64,000 bases of DNA from positions 733-64,732 of the forward strand of contig JAZSDU010000048.1 of assembly GCA_045531335.1 (NCBI GenBank). The letters are read 5' to 3'. The DNA comes from Clostridia bacterium. Lineage in GTDB: Bacteria > Bacillota > Clostridia > TANB77 > CAG-508. This document shows, in pieces, positions 37,168 through 47,416 of this stretch; position 1 is the first letter of the stretch; each line of letters starts with the position of its first letter. A model generated the notes under the pieces. The model was not told the DNA's origin. It searched no databases and saw nothing but the letters and a program-made list of their open reading frames with translations. The position numbers were made by a program, and so were the translations under genes.

Positions 37168-37791
37168 TTATTTTTTCTTTATAAATTTAGATACAATATA
37201 AATTATTGCAATAGTTCCTAATATAACTCCTATGTATACCCAAATACTAACTCCTGTCTGTGGTATTTCTTCTATAATATTATTAAGAATATTGTTAGTC
37301 GTAGGTTCTTCTGTAGGAGTAGATGCAACTACTGTTTGAGTAAATTCTTGAGATGTAATAACAGCTTCATTATTGTTTACATCAACTAAGCTTAGTCTTA
37401 CTACATAAGTCCCTGGGTCTAGATATCTTGCTAAAATTGGTGTTTCGTTTCTAAAAGTACCTCCAACTGCAAAGCCAGCTTCAGGTCCCCAATACCCAAA
37501 TTCAACAATGTTATATCCTATATCATTTGTATCATAAGCAATGATTGTTGGTGTAGATGGACCAGATACAAAATCTACTTTTATTCTTACATTTGAATAT
37601 GGTGTAGCATTAGTACCTTCTAATATTACAGTAGCATTTTTATCTTCATTTTGTATTATATTACCTGTATAGTTTATATCAAATTTATACCCATTTCCTG
37701 TTGTTGGAGTTGATGGCTCAGTTGCATAAACATTAGCAAAAGATATTATTAATGTTAAAATAAAAGTTAGTAAAAATATTTTTCTTTTCAA
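37168..37791 (-). CDS. cell-wall-anchored surface protein (IPQTG sorting signal)
   Basis: Signal peptide, then C-terminal IPQTG, a hydrophobic helix and a KKK tail. Confidence 0.65.
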   Translation of the reverse strand: MKRKIFLLTFILTLIISFANVYATEPSTPTTGNGYKFDINYTGNIIQNEDKNATVILEGTNATPYSNVRIKVDFVSGPSTPTIIAYDTNDIGYNIVEFGYWGPEAGFAVGGTFRNETPILARYLDPGTYVVRLSLVDVNNNEAVITSQEFTQTVVASTPTEEPTTNNILNNIIEEIPQTGVSIWVYIGVILGTIAIIYIVSKFIKKK

Positions 37792-37868
37792 AATAAAACT
37801 CTCCTTTCTATAATATATAAATATTATATTTATAAGGAGAGTTTTTATGATAAATAAATTTTTTATTT

Positions 37869-40430
37869 TTATTTAGTTATCCATTTTACTAAGTTTAGAT
37901 TAGCACTATCTAATAACATTTCATGTTTTGGCATTACTCTAAATGTATAACCGTAATTTCCACCTGTTTTTAGTTCTATTTTTGCATTATATGTATATGT
38001 TTTTTCTTCGTTGTTTTGTTCCACTAAATCCATTGGAATTATACTTATATTTTCTATAGTTCCATTTTCAAGTATTTTGCCATAATATACCTGTGCTTCT
38101 ATATTTTCTACATTTATATTTGGTAGTTTTACTGTGCAAGATACTTCTATATTTTTTCCTGCATCCATTGATATATTATCTAAATTATTGTTTTGAGTAA
38201 TTTGTATATCATTCCAGTTTCTATATAAATCTTCTTTAATTTTGTTATATTCTGTAACTGTATCTAAATTTTTAAAATATTTATTTGTTAAATCACATAA
38301 TGGCATATATAGTTGTTTAGTATAATCAACAATCATTCTTGCCATGCTATAATTTCCACCTGTTGAAATTATAGAGTTTTTCATATATGTTACCCAATCT
38401 TTAGACATTCCATTTTCTTTATTATAATATGCTGGTATAATTTTGTTCTCTAATATGTTATAGATGCTGTCACTATCTGCTCTATCCTGTTCCTCATATG
38501 AATAATACTCTGCATTTGTTCCAATAGCCCATCCATTTTTTTGATTGTAGCCTTCTGCCCACCAACCATCTAGAATACTAAAGTTTACAACACCATTTAC
38601 AGATGCTTTTTCACCACTTGTTCCAGATGCCTCCATTGGTCTTCTTGGATTATTAAGCCACACATCAACACCTGAGATTAAATGTCTTGCCATCGCCATA
38701 TTATATCCTTCAAGTAAGAATATTTTTCCTTTGAATTGTGGCATCATTGATACTTCATGAATTCTTCTTATTAAATTTTGACCTTCTACATCTCTAGGAT
38801 GTGCTTTCCCTGCAAATATTAATTGCACTGGTCTTGATTCATCATTTAATATTTGTGTTATTCTTTCTAAATCTTTAAATATTAATGTAGCTCTTTTATA
38901 TGTAGCAAATCTTCTTGCAAATCCTATTGTTAATGCATTTGGATTTAATTTTGATGTAATTTCTTTTATTTCATCATAACGCATTCCATAATTTCTTAAT
39001 CTATTTGTTACATTTTCTTTTACTAAGCTTAATAATTTTTCTTTTCTTGATTGATGCTCATTCCATAATTCTTCATCTGGTATATTATTTATTTTTTCCC
39101 AAGTTTCATTTAAATGTATTTTATCTTGCCAGAATGGAGTTAAATATTTGTTGTATAGCTCTTTTAAAGTTGGAGCAAGCCATGTACATGTATGTATACC
39201 ATTTGTTACATATGTAATTGGAGATTCATTTGGTGTAATTTCTGGCCATACATCTCCAAATAATTCTCTTGAAACTGCTCCATGAAGTTTACTTACTCCA
39301 TTTTTCTTTCCTGCTACTTTTAAAGCTAAAATTCCCATATTAAATGTAGTCTTATTTTCTTCTTTTGGTTTCATTCCAAGTTCCATAAATTCTTCTTTAG
39401 AAAGTCCAAGTTTTTTCCAGTAATCCTTAAAATATGTTTCTACAAGTTCTACTGGAAATATATCATTTCCAGCTGGTACTGGTGTATGTGTTGTAAATAC
39501 AGTTTTAGCTGTAACTATATCTTTAGCTATGTTAAATGAAACTTTTTTCTCATCCATAATATTTTTCATTAATTCTAGTACTAAGAAAGATGAGTGTCCT
39601 TCATTCATATGATATACAGTTGGAGCAAGTCCTAATTCCTTAAGTAATGTTACTCCACCGATTCCTAAAACTATTTCTTGCTGAATTCTCATTTCTTGGT
39701 CTCCACCATATAGTCTTAGTGTTATTCCTCTATATTCCTGTGGATTTTCTTCTATATCTGAATCTAATAGATATAAGTTAATTCTACCTACAGCAATTTT
39801 CCAAACTTTTAAATATAGTTTTGATTTTGGCATTTTTACAGATATTATTAAATCTTCTCCTGTTTCTCTCTTTACAGGTGTTATTGGTAAATTGTCTAAT
39901 TCTATATCAAAATACTCGTTTTCTTGCATACCAATATTATTTATTTTTTGATGGAAATATCCATTTTTATATAACAATCCTACTGCTACTAGTGGAAGTC
40001 CTAAATCACTTGAAGATTTTAAGTGATCTCCTGAAAGAATTCCAAGTCCTCCTGAATAAATAGGAAGGATTTCATCTAACCCATATTCTGCTGAAAAATA
40101 TGCAATTAAATCATTTTTGTTTTCAGGATAAGTTTTATTAAACCAAGTATTTTTGCTATTCATATATCCCTCAAAATTGCTTACATTTTTATTATATTCT
40201 TTTATAAATTCAGAATCTTCAGCAATAGCTTCTAATCTTTCTTGGTCTACTAATTTTAAAAATTTTACAGGATTTTTTCCAATTTTCTCCCATAAATCTA
40301 TATCAATTTTTTTAAACAACTTTAAAAATTCTGTATTCCATGACCACCATAAATTACCTGCTATTTCAGATAATCTCTCTATTTTTTTAGGTAATTGTGG
40401 ATTTACTGTAATCTTATTAAATATGTACAT
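37869..40430 (-). CDS. glgP: alpha-glucan (glycogen/maltodextrin) phosphorylase
   Basis: 853 aa with GGLGILSGDHLKSSSDLG and EASGTSGEKASVNG (pyridoxal-phosphate Lys region). Confidence 0.9.
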   Translation of the reverse strand: MYIFNKITVNPQLPKKIERLSEIAGNLWWSWNTEFLKLFKKIDIDLWEKIGKNPVKFLKLVDQERLEAIAEDSEFIKEYNKNVSNFEGYMNSKNTWFNKTYPENKNDLIAYFSAEYGLDEILPIYSGGLGILSGDHLKSSSDLGLPLVAVGLLYKNGYFHQKINNIGMQENEYFDIELDNLPITPVKRETGEDLIISVKMPKSKLYLKVWKIAVGRINLYLLDSDIEENPQEYRGITLRLYGGDQEMRIQQEIVLGIGGVTLLKELGLAPTVYHMNEGHSSFLVLELMKNIMDEKKVSFNIAKDIVTAKTVFTTHTPVPAGNDIFPVELVETYFKDYWKKLGLSKEEFMELGMKPKEENKTTFNMGILALKVAGKKNGVSKLHGAVSRELFGDVWPEITPNESPITYVTNGIHTCTWLAPTLKELYNKYLTPFWQDKIHLNETWEKINNIPDEELWNEHQSRKEKLLSLVKENVTNRLRNYGMRYDEIKEITSKLNPNALTIGFARRFATYKRATLIFKDLERITQILNDESRPVQLIFAGKAHPRDVEGQNLIRRIHEVSMMPQFKGKIFLLEGYNMAMARHLISGVDVWLNNPRRPMEASGTSGEKASVNGVVNFSILDGWWAEGYNQKNGWAIGTNAEYYSYEEQDRADSDSIYNILENKIIPAYYNKENGMSKDWVTYMKNSIISTGGNYSMARMIVDYTKQLYMPLCDLTNKYFKNLDTVTEYNKIKEDLYRNWNDIQITQNNNLDNISMDAGKNIEVSCTVKLPNINVENIEAQVYYGKILENGTIENISIIPMDLVEQNNEEKTYTYNAKIELKTGGNYGYTFRVMPKHEMLLDSANLNLVKWITK

Positions 40431-40540
40431 TTAACATGTACCTCCTTTGTAACTTAAAAATTTTCTCTTATGTTTTAACATTAATTCAACATATTAATTA
40501 TCTATGAAAACAATCTCTTTGTCAATTGTTATTTTTACAA

Positions 40541-40579
40541 TTTTAAAAAAGATTTTGTTGTAAAATAGCAAAATCTTTC
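40541..40579 (-). terminator. rho-independent terminator
   Basis: Minus strand AAGATTTTG/CAAAATCTT stem followed by TTTTTTAAAA. Confidence 0.6.
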
Positions 40580-40598
40580 CAAAATTATTCACTCTTCA

Positions 40599-41402
40599 CT
40601 ATTCATTATTAACTAGCGAAGCTATTGCTCCAATTGCTACTGCAAATTGTGGTTCTTCTGGTACTGTAAATTTAACATTATGTGTTTTTTCTATTTTCTT
40701 TAAAACCTCTTTTACCACTGGTATAGATACAATATTACCTATTAAAACAATATCTTTTATATCGTCATTTATACTCGCAAATGCAGTCATCATACCAATT
40801 ATTTCAAACACCATATTAATTAAGCCTATTACAATATCTGATTTACTTGCGTTCTCACTTAACTTTCCAAAGTTTGCAAGAGTTAGTTCTGGTGGTAAAG
40901 TTTCTATATTTTCATCAGTTAAATCTGCTATTCTTAAATCTGTATTACTTAAATCTCCTTGTTTTGATAATTCTATTATCTCCTCAAAAGATTTAGTATT
41001 AGCAAACTTTTTACAAAGATTAGTTAATGTTCCTGCACCTACTCCTGTTCCACCTAAATGCTTAAACTCTTTTCCCTCTGCTCTTATTAGTGCTGTACCT
41101 GTTCCTATACTTGCAATAATAGCTTTATACTTTTTACCTAAATAAAGTCCACCTGTAGCTACTGAATTAAATTCTTCTACTACTTCTACTGGTACATTAT
41201 ATTTGGTAACATCAATTTTTTTCGAATTTATTCCTGTTAATACAATTTTATGAATTTCCTTTATATTGTTTTCAGTTAGAAATTTGTCAATTATCGTCTC
41301 ATAATCTTTGCCTTCAAAAATACCTTTGTTTAATATTTTTTCATCTTCATATTCTATTATCTTAATTGTTGAACTACCTATATCGATTCCTAATATACTC
41401 AT
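40599..41402 (-). CDS. coaW: type II pantothenate kinase-like ASKHA ATPase
   Basis: ILGIDIGSSTIK, SIGTGTALI, GGTGVGAGTL. Confidence 0.55.
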   Translation of the reverse strand: MSILGIDIGSSTIKIIEYEDEKILNKGIFEGKDYETIIDKFLTENNIKEIHKIVLTGINSKKIDVTKYNVPVEVVEEFNSVATGGLYLGKKYKAIIASIGTGTALIRAEGKEFKHLGGTGVGAGTLTNLCKKFANTKSFEEIIELSKQGDLSNTDLRIADLTDENIETLPPELTLANFGKLSENASKSDIVIGLINMVFEIIGMMTAFASINDDIKDIVLIGNIVSIPVVKEVLKKIEKTHNVKFTVPEEPQFAVAIGAIASLVNNE

Positions 41403-41428
41403 TTTTATTCCTTCTTTTTATTTTTTAA

Positions 41429-41659
41429 TTACGCAACATTTTCTTCATAATTTATAATTGTTACCTCTGTTGATAAATCTTTCAGCTTATTTACAATGTT
41501 CTCAATATTTTCTGATGTTTGATCGTCAAAATACTGTTCTCCACACTGAGCACATACCTTGGCAGGGACACCTTTAATAATAATAATTGTACTCTCTAGG
41601 TCTACCATGTAATTAACTTTTTTTTCTATTACTTCTCCTTTACACATAAAACAATCCAT
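41429..41659 (-). CDS. YgiT/MqsA-type zinc-finger antitoxin-like protein
   Basis: MDCFMCKGEV...CAQCGEQYF. The ATG overlaps the upstream stop (TAATG). Confidence 0.55.
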   Translation of the reverse strand: MDCFMCKGEVIEKKVNYMVDLESTIIIIKGVPAKVCAQCGEQYFDDQTSENIENIVNKLKDLSTEVTIINYEENVA

Positions 41660-41985
41660 TATTCTTTCCTCCTTGTTTTCATATCTTCTTCCCATTCATT
41701 GTTGTCTGGATAATAGGCAGTTATTATATAAATCAAATTACTATTTATCCCACACACTATATGTATTACACTTCCGCTAGTATCTTTTCCAACAATTAAG
41801 CAGCTTGGATATGGATAATCTTCATAATAATATTCTATAATTTTTCCGTTATTTATTGCTGTTTTTACATCCAATATCAATATATCTCTTTGATTTATTC
41901 TATTTAGACAATGTTTTGTCCAAATTATTCTTTTTTGCAATACAGATTTTCTTATAAATTCTATATTTAATAGTTCTTCGCTCAA
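41659..41985 (-). CDS. DUF4258-like putative toxin
   Basis: 108 aa (...IIWTKHCLNRINQRDI...) translationally coupled to the zinc-finger protein. Confidence 0.45.
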   Translation of the reverse strand: MSEELLNIEFIRKSVLQKRIIWTKHCLNRINQRDILILDVKTAINNGKIIEYYYEDYPYPSCLIVGKDTSGSVIHIVCGINSNLIYIITAYYPDNNEWEEDMKTRRKE

Positions 41986-42220
41986 GACTTCTTCCTCCTT
42001 ATTTTAGCATAATTCAATTTGCTTATGCAATATTTTTTGGCATAATTAACAAACATAGCAAAATGCCATATTTATTTTTTTCTTTCTTGGAAATCAAATT
42101 ATCAGATTTAAATTTTTTGATAATTTATTATATCTATAGATACTAAAATTCATTTAATAATATTTAATATTATTTTATATTATTTGTAAACAATTTTCGT
42201 GTTTCAAAAATCGACAAAAT

Positions 42221-42248
42221 GGGGCAGATATGAAATCTGCCCCCTACA
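42221..42248 (-). repeat. GTAG-headed GC-rich palindrome singlet (REP-like), copy D
   Basis: Minus strand TGTAGGGGGCAGAT-ttcat-ATCTGCCCC. It starts 29 nt after the galK stop. Confidence 0.7.
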
Positions 42249-42276
42249 TTATTAATTCTTAATTCTTCACTATTCA

Positions 42277-43440
42277 CTATAAAACTGTTGGTCCTTCTCC
42301 AATTTCTACAGTATAAAAATCTGCATCATAACCTATTTTTTCTTTATATGCTTTTCCTACATTTTGTATAAATTCATCTACTTTATCAGTTTTAACTATA
42401 CTTACAGCACATCCACCAAATCCAGCTCCTGTCATTCTAGCTCCTATTACTCCATCTTGTTTTAAGCTTTCTGCTACCAATGTGTCTAACTCTATTCCTG
42501 TTACTTCATAATCATCTCTTAGAGAATTATGAGATGCTATCATTAATTCTCCTAGTAAATCTATTTTATTTTCTTGAAGAGCTTTTACAGCTTTTATTGT
42601 TCTTTGATTTTCGTATACCGCATGTTTTGCTCTTTTTTGTCTATTTTCATCTTTTATTAAATCTTTATTTGCTTCAAACTCTTCTTCAGTTAATTCTCCT
42701 AATGTTTTTATATCTAACTTTTCTTGTAATTCTTCTAAGGCTTTTTCACATTCAGCTCTTCTTTCATTGTATTTAGAATCTCCTAGTCCTCTTTTCTTGT
42801 TTGTATTCATTATTACTATCTTCGCATCACTTAAAATAACTGGTGCATATTCAAACTCTAAACTTGCTGTATCTAAAAATACTGCACAATCTTTTTTACC
42901 ATTTGCAATTATGAATTGATCCATTATTCCGCAATTTACACCCACATATTGATTTTCAGCTTTTTGCCCAAGTAATGCAAGTTTTACCATGTCTAAATCT
43001 AAATTAAATAAATCTTTTAAAACAAATCCTGTTAATACTTCTATAGATGCTGATGATGAAAGTCCTGCTCCATTTGGTATTGTTCCATAATATACAATAT
43101 CAAATCCTGTATCTATTTTGTATCCTTCATTTTTTAGTGCCCAAATCATTCCTTTTGGATAATTAATCCAATCTTCTTCTTTTTTATATTCTAATTCTTC
43201 TATAGTTGATTCTAATACACCTAATCTTTCAAAATTTATCGAATAAAATCTTAGTTTATTATCATTTCTTTTTCTTGCAACAGCATATGTTCCAATTGTA
43301 AGAGCACAAGGAAATACATGTCCTCCGTTATAATCTGTATGTTCCCCTATTAAATTAACTCTTCCTGGTGCAAAATATGTTTTAATATCTCCCTCATTTC
43401 CAAATAATTCTTCAAATTTAGATTTTATTTTTTCTTTCAT
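42277..43440 (-). CDS. galK: galactokinase
   Basis: GRVNLIGEHTDYNGG and GAGLSSSAS (GHMP motif). Confidence 0.95.
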   Translation of the reverse strand: MKEKIKSKFEELFGNEGDIKTYFAPGRVNLIGEHTDYNGGHVFPCALTIGTYAVARKRNDNKLRFYSINFERLGVLESTIEELEYKKEEDWINYPKGMIWALKNEGYKIDTGFDIVYYGTIPNGAGLSSSASIEVLTGFVLKDLFNLDLDMVKLALLGQKAENQYVGVNCGIMDQFIIANGKKDCAVFLDTASLEFEYAPVILSDAKIVIMNTNKKRGLGDSKYNERRAECEKALEELQEKLDIKTLGELTEEEFEANKDLIKDENRQKRAKHAVYENQRTIKAVKALQENKIDLLGELMIASHNSLRDDYEVTGIELDTLVAESLKQDGVIGARMTGAGFGGCAVSIVKTDKVDEFIQNVGKAYKEKIGYDADFYTVEIGEGPTVL

Positions 43441-43477
43441 TTTAATCCTCCATTTAATATGTGAATTTATTACTCTC

Positions 43478-44078
43478 TTATATTATATTATTTATTAATT
43501 CTTGTAAAGCTTTTTCTCTATGAGTATGTTTTAATTGTTCAGGTGTAAGTTCATTCATAACTTTTCCAAATTCATCTGATATAAATACTGGTCCATATGT
43601 AAGTTTCCCCATTGGTCCCGGAGTTTTTGCAATTTTTCCTTTGGTTTCTCCTCTTGCTACAATCACTTTACTGTCTTTTAATATTGCAGTTAATACACAA
43701 ACAAACTTAGCTGTTCGATTCTCATCTGAAACGTTTTTCATTTCATCTAACAATTTATTTAAAGTTTCTTCTTGTGATGCATGGTCTCCTGCATATCTTG
43801 CACTATACACACCTGGTCCGACCGTTTAATGCATCTACACATAATCCTGCATCGTCTGTAATTATTATTTCGTTTATATCTTTTTTAGTACAAAATTCTT
43901 TTATCGCATTTGCTTTAATTAAAGAATTTTCTTCAAATGTTTCTCCATTTTCATCTATCTCTTCATTAAATCCTATATCTTTTAGCGACAATACTTCTAC
44001 ATCTATTTTATTGTTTTTAAAAAAGTCTTCTACTTCTTGTAATTTTGCTTTATTACTGCTTCCATATATTATTTTCAT
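43478..44078 (-). CDS. rdgB: dITP/XTP pyrophosphatase (RdgB/HAM1), two ORFs joined by a +1 shift at a CGG codon
   Basis: ORF 43803..44078 ends ...DDAGLCVDALNGRTRCV-stop. The +1 frame gives ...LNG-GPGVYSARYAGD..., continuous with ORF 43478..43810. Confidence 0.85.
43818..43820 (-). other. in-frame CGG at a +1 frame junction (rdgB)
   Basis: aac ggt C gga cca ggt gtg tat agt. An alternative parse, CGG read and the following A skipped, gives LNGRPGVYSAR. Confidence 0.85.
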
Positions 44079-44917
44079 TATATTTCTCCTTCTAATCTTT
44101 TAATTAGGTATGGTATTTTATTTTCAAAATTTACTCCATATGCATCTTCTTTTTTCTCTTTATATGTGTCATTTATAGTTTCCCATACATAATCTACTGC
44201 AATTTTTAGGGCTCCCTCTAAAGTTTTGTCATTTTCCATTGCTCCAACTAGAGTACTTGCAAACACATCACCTGTTCCGTGATATTTAGCAGGTATTTGT
44301 TCTCTAAAATATGTAAAAAATTCATTTGTTTCTTTATTATATGACATAACTCCTAACTCATTATCTTTAAAACTAATTCCTGTAAGTATTACTTGTTTAG
44401 GTCCTAAATTGCTTAATTCTATTAATATATTTTTTATTTCTTGCTCGGTGTAATTTTGTTTATATTCTTTTTGCAACATATAACTTGCTTCTGTAAGGTT
44501 CGGTACTATTATATCAGCCATTTTGCACAATTCTTTCATTTGCAACGCAAATTCTTGGTCAAATCCAACATATAACTTTCCATTATCTCCCATAACTGGA
44601 TCTATAAATATAAAATTATTTTCTTTTTTAAATTCTTTGAAAAAGTCTTTTAACATGTCAATTTGTTCAATTGATCCTAAATAGCCAGTATAAATTGCAT
44701 CAAAATCAATTTTTTCATCTTTCCAATGTTTTTGAATTAATGGAATGTCATTACTCAAATCTCTATATGTAAAATTTTTAAACATAGTATGTGTAGAAAG
44801 AACAGCTGTTGGTATAACTGCTGCCTCTACTCCCATTGCAGATATTATCGGAAGTGCTACTGTAAGAGAACATTTCCCTACACATGATATATCTTGAATT
44901 GTAACTATTCTTTTCAT
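44078..44917 (-). CDS. pdxK: pyridoxal/pyridoxamine kinase
   Basis: RIVTIQDISCVGKCSLTVALPI... and ...YHGTGDVFAS. Confidence 0.8.
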   Translation of the reverse strand: MKRIVTIQDISCVGKCSLTVALPIISAMGVEAAVIPTAVLSTHTMFKNFTYRDLSNDIPLIQKHWKDEKIDFDAIYTGYLGSIEQIDMLKDFFKEFKKENNFIFIDPVMGDNGKLYVGFDQEFALQMKELCKMADIIVPNLTEASYMLQKEYKQNYTEQEIKNILIELSNLGPKQVILTGISFKDNELGVMSYNKETNEFFTYFREQIPAKYHGTGDVFASTLVGAMENDKTLEGALKIAVDYVWETINDTYKEKKEDAYGVNFENKIPYLIKRLEGEI

Positions 44918-44993
44918 TTAGGTTCCTCTTTTCATTATATAAAATACAAATTTAATTCTAATGTATTTTATCACATGTAAATTTTATTTACAA

Positions 44994-45037
44994 TAAAAAA
45001 ACCTTATTATGGTCAGTATAATAAGGTTTTAAAAAAA
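44994..45037. terminator. bidirectional hairpin terminator
   Basis: AACCTTATTAT/ATAATAAGGTT stem between A- and T-runs. Confidence 0.6.
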
Positions 45038-45061
45038 TAATTTTTAAATCAATTAAAAATT

Positions 45062-45328
45062 CTATCTGTTTTTAATCTCTCTTCTGGAAATAGATCTAAA
45101 TCTGATTGTCAATATCATATAAGAAATTGTAACAATACCAGCAATCGTGTATATTATCATCTGATATTTTATAATAGATATTAATTCAGTAGTAGACATT
45201 GCCTGAACAAACAAAATGGCATAACCGATAAACAAAATTCCTAAAATAATTCCAGTAATCAATTCAAGAATTTTTTGAGTTTTTCTGTAATCTGTTATTT
45301 TGTGAACCGTTTTTTCAATGTTAGTCAC
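45062..45328 (-). CDS. small membrane protein
   Basis: 88 aa with two hydrophobic helices. Confidence 0.4.
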   Translation of the reverse strand: MTNIEKTVHKITDYRKTQKILELITGIILGILFIGYAILFVQAMSTTELISIIKYQMIIYTIAGIVTISYMILTIRFRSISRREIKNR

Positions 45329-45480
45329 TAAAAAATCCCTCCATTTGCCTCAAAATTATTTGTGACGCAATCTAGCGAACTGACCTCACTAGATATTTTT
45401 TATATAAAACAGATTATTCTGTTACTATTCCATTATAACACGCCTTTACATAATGGTCAATTTTGTGTTTTTTGTATAAC

Positions 45481-45505
45481 GGGCGAACGCGCTTCGCATC
45501 TACAG
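45481..45505 (-). repeat. degenerate REP-like singlet, copy E
   Basis: Minus strand TGTAGATGCGAAG-cgcg-TTCGCCC, 6 nt after the upstream gene's stop. It has weaker similarity to the family. Confidence 0.4.
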
Positions 45506-45510
45506 GTTAT

Positions 45511-46191
45511 TTAAATTCTCATTTTTCTTAATTCTTGCTTTTTGTCGTCTGTTATTCTATAAGATTCTATTGCTTTTTGTATTGCTTTATTGTGTGTAAA
45601 TTTATCTAAGTTTGTGTTTTTTAAAAACATCTTTGTTTTTTCATAATAATTTACTAAACATTCTGAAATTGCCCAAGCATTTGCCATTTGAACATAATAT
45701 TTATCAGATTTTACATTACCTAAAATATCTAACACTTTATCAATATACTCATCATTTATATAATAATCAAGCAACATTACTATACTAAATCTTAATTCAT
45801 ATTCTTTTTTAGATTTTAAATATAATTTAACTACCTCAAACATTTCTTTTGGATATTCTTTTGTTATTTTAAGCCCTGCTGAGAATGTATCGCATACCGC
45901 CCAGCTATTTATTTTAGGAACAAACTGTTTTATTTGTTGTATTACATTTTCTATATTTTCTTTTGTTTGAAATCCTATTATCATTCCTTGAATCATTATT
46001 TCTTCATAGTAATGGTCTTTTATTCTTATGTCATTAATTTTATTATTTTTATATAATTCTTTAGCATATTTTCTTAAATCAGGAATTCTTACTCCTATTA
46101 TATTGTCTACATTAGGACACAAATCACTATTAAATTCTTTATATTTTAAATCTTGCATTTGAAATAATTTATTTCTAATTTCTTGTTCCAT
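45511..46191 (-). CDS. DNA alkylation repair (AlkD-like HEAT-repeat) protein
   Basis: 226 aa, ...WAVCDTF..., ...MANAWAISECL.... Confidence 0.6.
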   Translation of the reverse strand: MEQEIRNKLFQMQDLKYKEFNSDLCPNVDNIIGVRIPDLRKYAKELYKNNKINDIRIKDHYYEEIMIQGMIIGFQTKENIENVIQQIKQFVPKINSWAVCDTFSAGLKITKEYPKEMFEVVKLYLKSKKEYELRFSIVMLLDYYINDEYIDKVLDILGNVKSDKYYVQMANAWAISECLVNYYEKTKMFLKNTNLDKFTHNKAIQKAIESYRITDDKKQELRKMRI

Positions 46192-47416
46192 ATTTTTCTC
46201 CTACTAAAACCTCACTCTTCTCTGCAACATAATTCTTTGTATTTAATTTACTTTTTCTTAAATAAATCAAATAATATGCTATTCCAATTTGAATTGATAC
46301 AAATAGAGATGATAATCCTAGCATATATCTAACACCTTTTTCATACATCAATCCACAAAGGAATATTCCAAGTGCCTCTCCTAGATATTTTATTGTATAT
46401 CTAAGATTTGTGTACCTTAGCTGATATTCAGAACTAATATTATTAATATAGTAACCATCACAAATATTTTCATAGGAAGTTGAAATTAACAGCGACCAAG
46501 TTATAGCAATTAATGAAATAACTATGTTATTTGCAAAAAATGCTATTGCATAAACTATACATCTTATTCCAAATTTTATAAAAATTGTTACATAGTCATT
46601 TTTAGGAGTTAGATATTTTAATGCTAATATACCTATTACATCTGCTATTAAACCAATTATTAATAAATAATTAGTAGCTATACTATCTGTAAAATTAAAA
46701 TGATTTGTAAAAGTTAACATTTTCAATCCTAATGCTGTTGAAAATGCTGTAGCTCCTACAAATACATATATCATATACACACTTTGTAACTTGCTTTTTA
46801 ATATCACTTTTAGTATTGAAGTCTTTTCTTCTTTTTTATCTTCAATCGACTTGCAAGCAGTCATATTAACCATAAATATTATGGAAAAACCTAAAAATAT
46901 TATTGAAATTAATAAACAAACATTATAATTTACCAATAGCCCTATAATGTTTTTTCCAATTAACATTCCTCCTATTAAAATTCCTATATCCTTAAATAGG
47001 TATTCTGTCAATTTTCTTTTACTATAAATTGTATTATTCTTTACAATTGTTGTTATTAATGGGTATACACTAGTAGTTATTATATATCCTGTTACTACAT
47101 CTATTATTATTGAAATATTTATAAAAAACGTATTTATTGAATTGTTTAAATTTAGTAGAAATATTAGATTTATAAATTTAATTAATAAAGAATAAGTAAT
47201 AAAACTTTTTAATTTTTTTAGCTTTATGTATTTTCCTACTAATATTATTCCAAATACACTAACCAATGTTCCCATACTAAGTATATTGCTAATATTTGTT
47301 GCGGTAAAGCTATTAGCTTGTAACCAAAGCTGTCTAAAATTTTCCCATAGTCCCATTGAAATACTAAAAAATGCTAACATTATTAAAATTTGATTTTCAC
47401 TTTTAATTTTACTCAT
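46175..47416 (-). CDS. MFS-type transporter, paralogue 1
   Basis: 413 aa with about 12 hydrophobic helices. Confidence 0.6.
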   Translation of the reverse strand: MSKIKSENQILIMLAFFSISMGLWENFRQLWLQANSFTATNISNILSMGTLVSVFGIILVGKYIKLKKLKSFITYSLLIKFINLIFLLNLNNSINTFFINISIIIDVVTGYIITTSVYPLITTIVKNNTIYSKRKLTEYLFKDIGILIGGMLIGKNIIGLLVNYNVCLLISIIFLGFSIIFMVNMTACKSIEDKKEEKTSILKVILKSKLQSVYMIYVFVGATAFSTALGLKMLTFTNHFNFTDSIATNYLLIIGLIADVIGILALKYLTPKNDYVTIFIKFGIRCIVYAIAFFANNIVISLIAITWSLLISTSYENICDGYYINNISSEYQLRYTNLRYTIKYLGEALGIFLCGLMYEKGVRYMLGLSSLFVSIQIGIAYYLIYLRKSKLNTKNYVAEKSEVLVGEKYGTRN

